A stretch of DNA of 64,000 bases. It comes from an uncultured Chloroflexia bacterium (GTDB lineage: Bacteria > Chloroflexota > Chloroflexia > Thermomicrobiales > UBA6265). Under the pieces are notes generated by a model. That model was given only the letters and a program-made list of their open reading frames with translations, was not told the DNA's origin and did no database searches. Position numbers and translations under genes: made by a program. The DNA lies in contig CAVRUC010000001.1 of the NCBI GenBank assembly GCA_963724295.1, positions 1 to 64,000 on the forward strand, in the 5' to 3' direction. Of this stretch, positions 21,702 through 31,727 are shown piece by piece; the stretch's first letter is position 1; each line of letters opens with the position of its first letter.

Positions 21702-22561
21702 TGCTGCTTTCCCATAGCACCTGGGGTATGCCGCGGGTACCGATCGACGTTGCCGTCGCGCACTGCGCGGCGCTCGGCTTCGACGGGCTTGAGCTGACGG
21801 TCATCCCCGGTTGGGCGACTGATGCCGCAGGGCTCGACACTGGCGAGCGCCGGCGCATCCGCCAGCTCTACGACGATCATCATCTGGAGCTGTGCGGGCT
21901 TTCCGGCAACACGCCCCTGCTGGCCGCGAACGAGACCGCCCATGCCAGGGACATGGCCCGGCTGCAGAGTTACCTGGATCTCGCCGCCGAGTTGCAGCGT
22001 CCGGACCAACGCCTGACGGTGAGCACGACCTCCGGCGGAGATCCGGACGAGTGGGAACAGAGCAAGGGGTTGCTAGTCGACCGCTTTGGTGAGCTGGCGG
22101 AGTACGCGCAACGCGCGGGGGTGCTGATCGGCATGGAACCGCACGTCGGCGCCGCGCTGCACCGTCCGGAGCAGGCACTGTGGCTCCGGGAGCAGGTGAG
22201 CTCGCCCGGCCTGACGATCCACTTCGACATCAGCCACTTCAATGTGCAGGGAATGCCTATGGAGCCGGTCATCGCCCAGCTGGCCCCGCACAGTGCCCAC
22301 ACCCACGTCAAGGACGAGCGGGGCGTGGCGCCCGAACACCAGTTTCTCATTCCCGGTGAAGGCGAGATGGACTACGTGCGCTATCTGAAGGCGATGCAGC
22401 GGGCCGGGTACGACGGCCACATCGTCGTCGAGATCAGTCTCATGGTTCAGCGCCGTCCGAACTACGACGCCCTCGCGGCGGCGAGCCAGTCATACCGGGT
22501 GCTAGCCCGCGCGTTCGACGCTGCCGGCATCGTCCGTGGGAACGGGTTCCACGCGGGGTAG
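21698..22561 (+). CDS. Sugar phosphate isomerase/epimerase (xylose-isomerase-like TIM barrel)
   Basis: EPH, DISH, HVKD, PGEG and VVE metal-binding motifs; coupled to the oxidoreductase. Confidence 0.88.
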   Translation: MMLLSHSTWGMPRVPIDVAVAHCAALGFDGLELTVIPGWATDAAGLDTGERRRIRQLYDDHHLELCGLSGNTPLLAANETAHARDMARLQSYLDLAAELQRPDQRLTVSTTSGGDPDEWEQSKGLLVDRFGELAEYAQRAGVLIGMEPHVGAALHRPEQALWLREQVSSPGLTIHFDISHFNVQGMPMEPVIAQLAPHSAHTHVKDERGVAPEHQFLIPGEGEMDYVRYLKAMQRAGYDGHIVVEISLMVQRRPNYDALAAASQSYRVLARAFDAAGIVRGNGFHAG

Positions 22562-22584
22562 TGCGCAGGCTTCCGGCACGTTCG

Positions 22585-22992
22585 TCAGCCCTCCCGCTTC
22601 TCGAGGTCGAGGGCACAGCCGTTCATGCAGAACCGCATACCGCCGGCTTCCCGGGGACCATCCGGGAAGACATGGCCGAGATGCCCGTCGCAGCGCGCGC
22701 AGCGCACTTCCGTGCGGACCATGCCGTAGGAGCGGTCCTCGATCATCTTGACGGCGCCGGGGAGGGCTTCGGTGAAACTGGGCCAGCCGGTGCCCGATTC
22801 GAATTTGGCGTCGCTGGCGAAGAGCGGATTTCCGCAGCCGGCACAGCGATAGGTGCCATCGTCCTTGACGTCGAGGTACGGTCCGCTAAACGGGCGCTCA
22901 GTCCCGTGATTGCGAAGCACCGAGTATTGCTCGGGCGTGAGCCGCTGTCGCCACTCTTCGTCGGTCTGGGGGAGGTCCTGGGTCTCAGTCAT
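22585..22992 (-). CDS. msrB: Peptide-methionine (R)-S-oxide reductase
   Basis: GTERPF, two CxxC motifs, GWPSF, HLGHVF, RFCMN. Confidence 0.96.
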   Translation of the reverse strand: MTETQDLPQTDEEWRQRLTPEQYSVLRNHGTERPFSGPYLDVKDDGTYRCAGCGNPLFASDAKFESGTGWPSFTEALPGAVKMIEDRSYGMVRTEVRCARCDGHLGHVFPDGPREAGGMRFCMNGCALDLEKREG

Positions 22993-23167
22993 GTCGGGCT
23001 CCAATCGGCGCTGCGCGGCTTCTCAATCAGACCTAACGATAGTCAGCGGGACAGCGCGGTGCAATTGGATCGGCTATCCGGCTTGTCCCATTCGGGGTCA
23101 ATAGCGAGCGCCCTGGCGAACAGCCAGGGCGCCGCAATTCGACTGAATATGATAAGACGGTCGGGTG

Positions 23168-23920
23168 CTAGATCGTCGGGGTGGCCCCGGTGTCACGATC
23201 ATCCCCAAACGAGGCGTCGACGGTTGCGTCCTCGTCGACGAAGACTTCTTCCTTGCGGACCGTGTCGCTGACGCGCTCGGTGCGCTGGGTCGCTTCCTTG
23301 CTGACGACGACCTCCTCGGCGACGCGCGCCTGCTTCTGGACATCGACCGTCTCGCTGCGCAGCGGCACATCGATGACTGTCTCTTCAAAAGCACCCGCAT
23401 CCGCGGCGCTAACCGGACGGTCGACCACGCGGCGCTCGACGCGAACACGCTCCTCGGTGACCGGCACGTCAAGGGTGCGCTCTTCCTCGATGACGTCCTT
23501 CTCGATCCGGACCGCGCCTGCCTCCTGCTGGCGAACAGTCGCGGTGAGCTCCTCCTCCATGATCGGAACGCGGATTTCTTCGTCGGTCCCTACTTGAGTC
23601 GAGCCGGCGCCGAAGCTGCTGCCAATGTCGGCGCTGCCGCTAGCCATCGAGGTGTCGTAGCTGGCCGTCTCCAGATCTGTTGGCTGAGCATCCCAGCCGC
23701 TGTTCAGGGCCGCGTCCTTGGCCAGGTTCAAATAGACCTGATCGTTGTCATAACTAGCGACCGCGCTCATCGGGATGTAGTAGTCGGTAGGGAAGAAAAA
23801 CCCTTTCTCGACCACGATGTACCCGGGGTAGATGGCGGCCACGGTGCCGACTTTGTCGCCGTCCGCGCCGAAGACCTCAGCCCCGGTGGTGATATCCGTC
23901 GATGTGTAGCCCGTGCCCAT
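23168..23920 (-). CDS. YsnF/AvaK (DUF2382) stress protein with N-terminal PRC-barrel-like domain
   Basis: GADGDKVG, EKGFFFPTDYYIP; EEEL, EEVVV and DTVRKEEV repeats. Confidence 0.88.
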   Translation of the reverse strand: MGTGYTSTDITTGAEVFGADGDKVGTVAAIYPGYIVVEKGFFFPTDYYIPMSAVASYDNDQVYLNLAKDAALNSGWDAQPTDLETASYDTSMASGSADIGSSFGAGSTQVGTDEEIRVPIMEEELTATVRQQEAGAVRIEKDVIEEERTLDVPVTEERVRVERRVVDRPVSAADAGAFEETVIDVPLRSETVDVQKQARVAEEVVVSKEATQRTERVSDTVRKEEVFVDEDATVDASFGDDRDTGATPTI

Positions 23921-24110
23921 AAGGCGACTCCTTGTCTTCGTAATCCATGTGTCACAGGTGTCGCGGATCGAGGGTTCCCTCGCCTCGCGGTCACCCTGTA
24001 GGTGTCGCAAGGCACGTGCCACCGCGAACTGTGTCTTGCGGGGTGTACGGATAGCGGAATCCGGTTGGCAGGTCGCCTCGCCCGGCTGAACGCCGGGAGA
24101 CCGAGAGGGG

Positions 24111-27100
24111 TCAATCTAGTCGCTCTGAATTCTCCAGGAGCGGCAGGGTGACGGTAAAGGTCGCGCCATTGCCGATTTCCGATTCGACCTCGATCCGTCC
24201 CTCGTGCGCATTCACAACCTCGCGGGCGATGAAGAGACCGAGACCGAGCCCCTCTCGGGCCGAGCGCTCCTCGTCCACCCGGTAGAACCGGTCGAAGACG
24301 TGCGGCAGGACATGAGCGGGAATACCCGGTCCGTAGTCACGCACCACGACCTCGGCCGTATCGTTCGCCTGGCGCAAAGAGATTTCGATTGGTCCACTGC
24401 CGCCGCTGAACGTGATGGCATTGACCAGCAGGTTGAGGAGGACCTGTTCGATGCGTCGCGCATCGCCCGAGATGACGAGTGGGGCATCATCGCCCTGAAG
24501 CGTGACAGGCTGCTCGCCGGCAATGACCTGGATCGTGTCCACCACGCCGCGGGTGAGCTCGGAGAGGTCGAGAGGCGTGCGCTCGAGGGGCAGAGTTGCG
24601 GTGGTAAGCCGGACGACGTCGACGATCTCGTGCGCCAGCTCGGTCAGCCGGCGCGTCTGCTGCGCGGCACGGGCAATATGCTGCCGCAAGCGCTGGTCAC
24701 CGGAACGTTCGACTTGACGCGCGGCAAGGTCGATCGAAAGGGAGAGAGCCGTCAACGGCGTGCGCAGCTCGTGGCCCGCAACCGCCAGGAACTGCTCCTG
24801 GAGGTGTCGGAGACTTCGATCCGTGACGTCGCGAATGACGACGACGCCCCCCTGCTGCACTCCGTTGATCAATAGTGGCTGCCCGGATCCCTCATACCAG
24901 CGGCGGCTCCCCTCCGATTCACGCAGGGTAAAGAGCATCGTGAAGGACTCGCCGTTGGCGGCCCGGCGTTGCGGCCAGTTCGCGTCGGGAAGGGGATGAC
25001 CCAGCTCGTCTTCCGGGACAAACGTCCGCGACGGACCAAAAAACCGCTCGAACGCGGCATTGGTCAACTCCAGGGCGCCGCTCGGGGCCACGACCATGAC
25101 CGCATCGCTCATGGCGGTCAGCGTCGCTTCGAACTGATGCCGGGCTCGCAGCCTGTCGGTGACGTCAATCGACTGAGCGAGGATGGCCTCGACCTCGCCG
25201 GCCGGGTTCACGAGCGGCTGGTAGACGACGTCGTAGTAGTAGTCCTCCAACACGCCGTCCCGGCTTCGGTCGTGGCGGATGAGCACATCGCGGCCAGCGA
25301 ACGGCTGAGCCGATGCGAAGACCCGGTCCAGCACGGAGATGAACCCCTGGCTGGCCAGCTCCGGCTGCACGTCGGCGGCCGCGTAACCGAGCACCTCGTC
25401 CTCGGTCCGTCCCAGTTGCTCCAGGGCGGCCAGGTTGCTGAGACGGTAGATGTGGTCCGGTCCGTCCATGACCGACATGCCGATCGGCGCCCCTTGCAGA
25501 ATTTCTTCCAGGCGCTGCCGGTCGGCCTCCCGCGCCGCGGCCAGATTCTGGGACTCGATTGTGCGTGCCTGAAGCTCGTCATTGGTCGTGGTCAGTTCTT
25601 CGACCGTCGCCTGTAGCTCTTCGTTGAGCGTCTCCAGCTCCTCGTTGGTCGCCTGGAGCTCTTCGTTCAGGGTCTCGATCTCTTCGGCCGCGGCTTGCGC
25701 CTCCTCGTTGGCCACCAGGAGCTCTTCGTTCGCCGATCGCAGTCTCCCCGTCTCGATCGCCAGCACCTCGTTGGCCGCCTGCAGCTCGCGCAATTGAGCC
25801 GCGGCGCGATCGGTACGGATGACCTGACGGTCAGTGAGGACCTCGAGTCGTTCTCGACTCGCGACTTCCTCGCGCAGCAGGCGAGCCAGCGAGGTGATCT
25901 CGACGATCTCCAGCACCGCCTCGCGGGCCGGCATATTCTGCCTCGGGCAGGGAACGCACCGCGATGATCAGGTCACGCCCGTCGTCGTCCATGACCCGAT
26001 CCGGCACGTGGTATATCGCCGTCGAGGGCTCTCCGCGGAGTGCCGCGTCGATGACCTCACGAAGTGGCCCGGCCAGGCTCGGGTCGATGCGGTGAATCAG
26101 GTCTTCGCCAATAGCCGTGGTGTGGATTCCGAGGAGGTGGCGTCCCGACATGTTAATCGTGCGAATGTGGTAGTCGCGGTCGACCGAGAGCGTTCCGGTC
26201 GATAGCTGGTCCAGCAGCCGCGCCACCTGGTGACTGGCCGATGCCTCGCGGAGAGCGGGCTGAGCCGCTTGGGCCGCGGAACCCGCCGGTTCCGCCGAAG
26301 GTGCGATGAGTCGCTGTCCTGGCCTTGGCAACGGCCCGATGCTGAGAACGCGTCCAGCGGGAATCGGCGCCGGACCACCGGCGCGGCGGAAGATCTTCAA
26401 GCGCGGCTGTTCCAACGAGAAGAAATCCGGTAGGGGACTGACGGTCTCAGCCTTGCCGAGGGCCAGGTATCCGCCCTGGCGGAGCGAGTAGGCGAAGAGT
26501 TGAAGCGCGCGTCGTTGCAGCTCGGGGGTGAAGTAGATCAAGACGTTGCGGCAGAAGACGAGGTCGATCCGGGGAAACGGCGCGCGGTTGGCGAGATCGT
26601 GCTCACCAAACACGACCAGCGACCGGACCTGCTTGCGAACTTCGAATGCGCCATCGACCGAGGTGAAATGCCGCGCGATGAGCTCAGGCGGCAGACCCTG
26701 CAGCGCCGCCTGGGTATAGATCCCGCGCCGAGCAAACTCGACCGCGTCGCTAGCGACGTCCGTCGCGAAGATACGGACCGGCAGCTCCTCCGCGTCCCCG
26801 GCGAGGAGATCCGAGACGAGCATGGCCAGCGAGTAGGCTTCTTCGCCAGTGGCGCATCCTGCCGACCAAATGCGGAGCTCGCCTCGCTCCCGCGCTTCGC
26901 TGATCAATCCCGGGAGCACCTGATCGCGGAGGTAGGTGAACAGCTCCGGATCGCGGAAGAACTCGGTGACTTTGATCAGGAAGCTCGCCACCAGACGTTG
27001 CAGCTCTTCCGGATGCCGTTCCATGTAGCGCCGGTAGTCCGGCAGTGTCGCGGCTCCGGCCGCCGCCATGCGCCGCTGCAACCGGCGCACGATCGTCGCT

Positions 27101-27816
27101 CGCTTGTAGGCGGAAAAATCGAGCCCCGTCCGCTCGCGGACGCGGTCGAGAAACGCGTGCAAATCGCCCTCTTCACTCGCCGCCGGAATGCTGTACGCGC
27201 CGCTGACGAGATCCCCAAGCAGGGGACCGATCGCCTCCAGGTCGGCGACGATGTCGATCGCGGAGGACGGGACCGCCAGCGGCATGCCGGGATAGGTCGC
27301 CGTGTCCGGGTTCTGAACGATGACCGTGCCGCCATGGGCCTTGACCGCCTGCGCGCCGGTGGCGCCATCGCTCCCCGTACCAGTGAGGATGACGGCGACC
27401 AGCTCGTCGCTGAACGTGCGAGCGGCGGTCGCCAGCAGGCGATCGACTGACGGTCTGGGGGAGGGGATCGCACCGGTGTGCGCGGTGACCGTCAGGGCAT
27501 GGTCAGTGATTTCGACGTCGCGGTCGGAAGCGATGACATAGACGATGCCGGGCTCGAGTGGCACGTCGCCGCTGACCGTGCGTACCGGCAACACGCTGCG
27601 GTTGGCAAGGATCTCGCCGAGATGGCTTTGGCGGCGGGGATCGAGATGCTGAGCGACGACAATCGGCGCCGGAAAGTCGCGAGGGAGCGTGGCCACAAAG
27701 GTGAGCAGCGCATCGACGCCGCCCGCCGATGACCCGACCACCACCAGGCGCGCGAAGGGCTCGCGCTCTCCGTCTGTAACCTGGCTCTGGTCGACGGTAT
27801 CCGGCCCGTCAGTCAT
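24111..27816 (-). CDS. CheB-CheR-PAS-coiled coil-PAS-histidine kinase fusion, frameshifted near 25925
   Basis: CheB GSSAGG/QHL/GTGSDG; CheR WSAGCATGEEAYS and CRNVLIYF; NEELETLNEEL coil; HELRTPL, NA and GLGLGL kinase boxes. Confidence 0.88.
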
Positions 27817-28035
27817 GGCAGACTCTCACATCCACGGACACGGCAAGAATCGCGCCATCATCTCAGATGCAATGAGGTCTCCCACGGCCAATTGCGTTGG
27901 TTTTGACGGAATTCATCCGAATGACACGACAGGTTCATCCTGGCGCGAGAGCGTCCCGCGGAATCCGGGCCATAGTCACGCCACGGAGCACGCCGATGCG
28001 AGGTCGCGCGAGGCGTTCCGGACCAGTGACTCGAG

Positions 28036-28596
28036 CTATCGCCGACCCGCGTCTTGCCCCAGCCGGTCGTAACTCACCAGCTCCGCGAGGGGCCGGCGTC
28101 CCGCGGTCGCCGGATTCGGACGGTGGTCTTTGGTGGTCGTCGGATAGCCGAGGACGACGACCGAGCGCGCGGTACGCTCGGCCGGGATCCCCAGGATCTG
28201 CTTCCCTTGCGCTTGCTGGTTATCGTCGCCGAACCAGGCCGTGCCGCCGCCAAGACCGAGGAGCCGCGCGCCGATCAGCAACCGCTCCGTGACCCGGCCC
28301 TCATCGAATGCCTCGGAGAGCGGGCTTTCGCCGGCCAGCACGATCGCGATCGCCAGCGGCGCATCGGCGACCCAGTTGATCGGCGTTCGAATCTGGCTGA
28401 TCTGGTGGAGCACGTCGCGGTCCGTGATGACGATGAACTCCCACGGCTGGGTGTTGCGCGAGCTGCCGGTCCAACGCGCGATTTCGAGCAACTCGTCCAG
28501 GACGTCCGCTGGCACGGGATCGGGCTTGTAGAGCCGCGCCTGACGGACGTTGCGGATCTCTCGCGTCACCGCGCGCGGGTCGGAGATCGTCGTCAT
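28036..28596 (-). CDS. Nitroreductase family protein
   Basis: SSRNTQPWEF motif; AGGAG RBS. Confidence 0.88.
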   Translation of the reverse strand: MTTISDPRAVTREIRNVRQARLYKPDPVPADVLDELLEIARWTGSSRNTQPWEFIVITDRDVLHQISQIRTPINWVADAPLAIAIVLAGESPLSEAFDEGRVTERLLIGARLLGLGGGTAWFGDDNQQAQGKQILGIPAERTARSVVVLGYPTTTKDHRPNPATAGRRPLAELVSYDRLGQDAGRR

Positions 28597-28619
28597 GTCG
28601 CTGCTTCTCCTGTGGGCGC

Positions 28620-28748
28620 CTACCCCTTGCGACCTTTGCGCCGCCTCTCCACTTTGCGTGGCTTCGGCGGCTTGGGCGCCTTTTGGGACCGAGTTGGCTC
28701 CGGCTCCGGTAGCCTGGGAGCGGGGGCGTTGGTATCGCGTTCAGTCAT
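28620..28748 (-). CDS. 42-aa Pro/Lys/Arg-rich small protein
   Basis: GGAGG RBS; MTERDTNAPAPRLPEPEPTRSQKAPKPPKPRKVERRRKGRKG; fills the gap between co-oriented genes. Confidence 0.55.
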   Translation of the reverse strand: MTERDTNAPAPRLPEPEPTRSQKAPKPPKPRKVERRRKGRKG

Positions 28749-28781
28749 CGTGGCATCCTCCTGGCCGCTCCAGCGGCGGCA

Positions 28782-29075
28782 CTATGGGCGGCGCTGGTGG
28801 TCGCGGACGATCATATCAGCCTCGGCGACCGAGGCCGACCTTTGCCCCGCGTCGGGGTCTGTTCCCGTAACCGCACGGTGGACGGAGCGAACGATCTCCG
28901 CGCTCCCTTCGTCGAGCTCGAGAGCGATTGTCTGGTCAACCCAGCCGTCGTGCGCCTGGGTGAGCAGCGCCTGTATCCGCTCCGAGAGTCCCGGCGGGGC
29001 GGCGATGGTGTGCGCGGCCGCCAGCTCCCGCGCGACTGCCCGCCATTCATCGAGAGAAAGGACGATGCGGGGCAT
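28782..29075 (-). CDS. Hypothetical protein
   Basis: GGAGAG RBS; co-oriented with neighbours. Confidence 0.6.
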   Translation of the reverse strand: MPRIVLSLDEWRAVARELAAAHTIAAPPGLSERIQALLTQAHDGWVDQTIALELDEGSAEIVRSVHRAVTGTDPDAGQRSASVAEADMIVRDHQRRP

Positions 29076-29128
29076 TCACTCTCTCCGCGTCTGGCGCGCG
29101 TCATCGCCAACTCTTGCGTGTGGGTAGA

Positions 29129-29539
29129 TTACTCCGCGGCGGGGTGGGTCGTCGCGGTGACCTGGCGTCGAGCCGCGGGGGCACCCTCCGGGGCCGGCGC
29201 CAGCATCCAGTCGCGAAGCTGGCCGTGGGCCGTTTCGGCGAGCCAGGAGGACGGGTCCGCGCGGATCGCGCTCATGGTTTCCTTCAGCTCTTCGCGCCGT
29301 AACCCACCGAGACCGACCCACGGTTGCTCGGACGCGTCGGGGACGCCACCGGGCGAACAGCGGAAGACGACGACACACCAGAACCGCGGCTGATGGGGAT
29401 CCCGGACGGGCAGAATGCGGTGCAGCAAGCCGTTAGCCAGCACTTTGACCGTGAAGCCATAGGCATCGGCGTTGCGCTCCTCGACAACCTCGACGTCGAT
29501 TGGCTGATCCACGGTCTTGGCGTCGACGGTCTGTTCCAT
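29129..29539 (-). CDS. Hypothetical protein
   Basis: Globular-looking ORF (RDPHQPRFWC); start approximate. Confidence 0.6.
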   Translation of the reverse strand: MEQTVDAKTVDQPIDVEVVEERNADAYGFTVKVLANGLLHRILPVRDPHQPRFWCVVVFRCSPGGVPDASEQPWVGLGGLRREELKETMSAIRADPSSWLAETAHGQLRDWMLAPAPEGAPAARRQVTATTHPAAE

Positions 29540-29796
29540 GGGGTCTCGTTTTCTGCCCTGTGCACGATCCAGCGTGTGATGGGCCGCAAGTCGGAATGGG
29601 GACAAGCGCCGGGGCAGCATACCACGCGCCTCGCGGCGACCCGACGCGAATCCGCCTCTCTCCTGTCCGATATACGGTCCGGCCGAAGTGCCTCCGTTGA
29701 TCCTTGCCGCCGCTGGTCCGGACTCTGCATCGGCTCCAAGAGTGAATACCGGTGTCAACAGTGCGCCGGTCCAAAACACGTGACGGGAGAACGGGA

Positions 29797-30030
29797 ATGG
29801 ACGACGACACCGAGCGCACCGAACTCGAGCGCCGCATCAGCGACGCTGGTTGGCATATTCTCCGCGACGAGCAGGTTGGGGAGGGCTATACGGTCGAGTT
29901 CCAGCAAGGCGACTACACCGAGTACCACCCAGGGGCCGAAACCCGGTCAAGCCAGGGACTCGACCGCAACGACGCCTACCGTCGTTTCCTGGAGGAGCTC
30001 TCGGCAGAGAATCGTTCCAGCGGCACATAA
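29797..30030 (+). CDS. Small acidic hypothetical protein
   Basis: GGGAGA RBS; typical codon usage. Confidence 0.6.
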   Translation: MDDDTERTELERRISDAGWHILRDEQVGEGYTVEFQQGDYTEYHPGAETRSSQGLDRNDAYRRFLEELSAENRSSGT

Positions 30031-30187
30031 GCGCGGGCTCGATGCAGTCGTTGTCGCTCACCGAGATCGTGGTCGAGACCTCTTGCGGTCCTCGCGGCGG
30101 CGCTCGCCCTTGGATCGAGGCGTCTCGTCCTGGAGTTGATTCTTCGGCCGGTCCGCGCACAGCGGATGGCGTGAGGAGGCCCTCGCA

Positions 30188-30345
30188 GTGCTCACTATCC
30201 TCCTGATCACCTGCTGGCATTGGCCTTGGCGGGCGGTGGCTGGGGCTACGGCCGCTACGGGGCCGTTGGGCTCTCGCCGGCCGCCATCGTCCTGATCATT
30301 CTGGTGATCCTGCTGCTCACCGGGAACTACAACCTCAATCTCTAG
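30188..30345 (+). CDS. DUF3309-like small membrane protein, frameshifted at ~30210
   Basis: GAGGAGG RBS; MLTILLI then, after a 1-nt shift, LLALALAGGGWGYGRYG..IILVILLLTG. Confidence 0.7.
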
Positions 30346-30353
30346 TCGGTGGC

Positions 30354-30941
30354 CTAGCTGCCGGCGACTGACGAGCCAACCGGTGGGGTAGAGCGTTCCG
30401 TGGGGAGGGCCCCGATCGGGAACCCCCACGTGAGGGATGCGGTCACCGGGTTCGTCCACTCCTCAATGCCGGTCACGGCTCCCACGTCATCGAAGACCAG
30501 CTTGATCAGGTAGACGTTGCGGTACGAGCGTCCATCGAGAGTCAGAAAGTCGCCCCGGGCCTCGACGAAAACTACCCGGCCGTCACTCGACGGCGTGATG
30601 ACGCTGTCGACAAAGTCGATGCGGCGGTAGGCGAGGAATGTGCGCCACAGCAGGTTGCGCACAGCCTGCCGTCCCTCGAAGCGGTCGATGTGGGTGGGGT
30701 CATTGTTTCCGTCAGGCGCCAGCGGCAGGACGAGTGTGACCTCTTCATCCATCCCGGCCAGAATGGACTCCAGGTCCTCGTGCTCCAGGGCAGCGATGAG
30801 GGCTTCAGTCGACCGCACATTGTCGGCCACCGAGTGGGCCGCCACTTGAGGGCCGGGAGAGTGCGCACCCTGCCCGTCTGCCGAGAATCTGTAGCCCGCG
30901 AGAACCAACGCCACCAGGAGCGGCACGGCTGACGACCGCAT
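30354..30941 (-). CDS. NTF2/SnoaL-like (PhzA/B-like fold) protein, probably exported
   Basis: VFVEARG..GRSYRNVY..EEWTNP; N-terminal hydrophobic signal. Confidence 0.75.
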   Translation of the reverse strand: MRSSAVPLLVALVLAGYRFSADGQGAHSPGPQVAAHSVADNVRSTEALIAALEHEDLESILAGMDEEVTLVLPLAPDGNNDPTHIDRFEGRQAVRNLLWRTFLAYRRIDFVDSVITPSSDGRVVFVEARGDFLTLDGRSYRNVYLIKLVFDDVGAVTGIEEWTNPVTASLTWGFPIGALPTERSTPPVGSSVAGS

Positions 30942-31080
30942 CACGGCACGCGCCCACGACGTAGCTGCCGCACCCTGGTTGCGGAGTTCAGGCACAAGCG
31001 CGCCCGGTCAATCCGATCACGGTACGTCGAAAAGGCGCCTTGGCAGGTCGGCCGCGCATTTCAATTGCCAAACGGTGACC

Positions 31081-31230
31081 CTAAAGCGCTCGTCGGCCGC
31101 TGACGACCTGGTAGACGAGGACAATGGCGGCAATGACGAGCAGCAGATGAATCAGTGCCCCACCACCGTGGACGACGAGAAATCCCGCCAGTCACAGGAC
31201 GACCAGGATGACGACGAGAGCCCAGAGCAT
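31081..31230 (-). pseudogene. lmo0937-like (DUF5670) small membrane protein with an in-frame TGA
   Basis: AAGGAG RBS; MLWALVVILVVL*LAGF..GGALIHLLLVIA..GRR; TGA at 31192-31194 where Trp is expected. Confidence 0.75.
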
Positions 31231-31515
31231 GGAAATCTCCTTGGTTGTATCGCCGTCGCGGAGTACCCGTTGCCGGCAAGCATGGGGCTAACGGGTCATA
31301 TCCGCAATGGCCTCGCTCGTGCCTCGCCCCGCCGGGCGGCAGAAACGGGATGATTCCCGCTGTTTGACGCCGGCTACGTGGCACCAATCGATTAAGGAAG
31401 AGGCATCGTGAGGTCTTCTCCCCACGATGGAGACCGCAGCGCGTGACATACTAGCGCCGGCGTCTTTTTCGGCCGCGCGTGGATCGCGGCAAAGACGCCG
31501 GAGAGGTTCTGAAGC

Positions 31516-31557
31516 ATGTTCGCCTCCTGCTGCTTCATTCGCATTCGCCGAGCCTGA
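31516..31557 (+). CDS. Putative erm leader peptide MFASCCFIRIRRA
   Basis: GGAGAGG RBS; R-I-R motif; ends 170 nt upstream of the erm start. Confidence 0.7.
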   Translation: MFASCCFIRIRRA

Positions 31558-31597
31558 GCGGAGCCCCTCCGCGATCCAGGGCTTGGGCGCCTCATCG

Positions 31598-31722
31598 CCG
31601 GTAGAGTGACCGTCGGTCGCCTCTGCTGGTTGTGGACCTTCCCACGCGAACGGGTTCCGCCGACGTCGCATTCGCTCTTGGGCGGTGCGGCCGTTGGTCG
31701 TGCCGTTCGCGTCGCCGGGAGG
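31598..31722 (+). promoter_or_regulatory. Translational attenuator hairpins of erm
   Basis: CTTCCC-ACGCGAACGG (31638-31653) pairs with CCGTTCGCGT..GGGAGG (31703-31722), masking the SD; another hairpin at 31598-31629. Confidence 0.65.
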
Positions 31723-31727
31723 ATCCC

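Noticed and set aside
30354..30941. NTF2/PhzA-B-like gene as part of a phenazine cluster with phzF and aroF
   Set aside because: 25 kb away, apparently exported, a generic fold, and phzD/E/G are absent.
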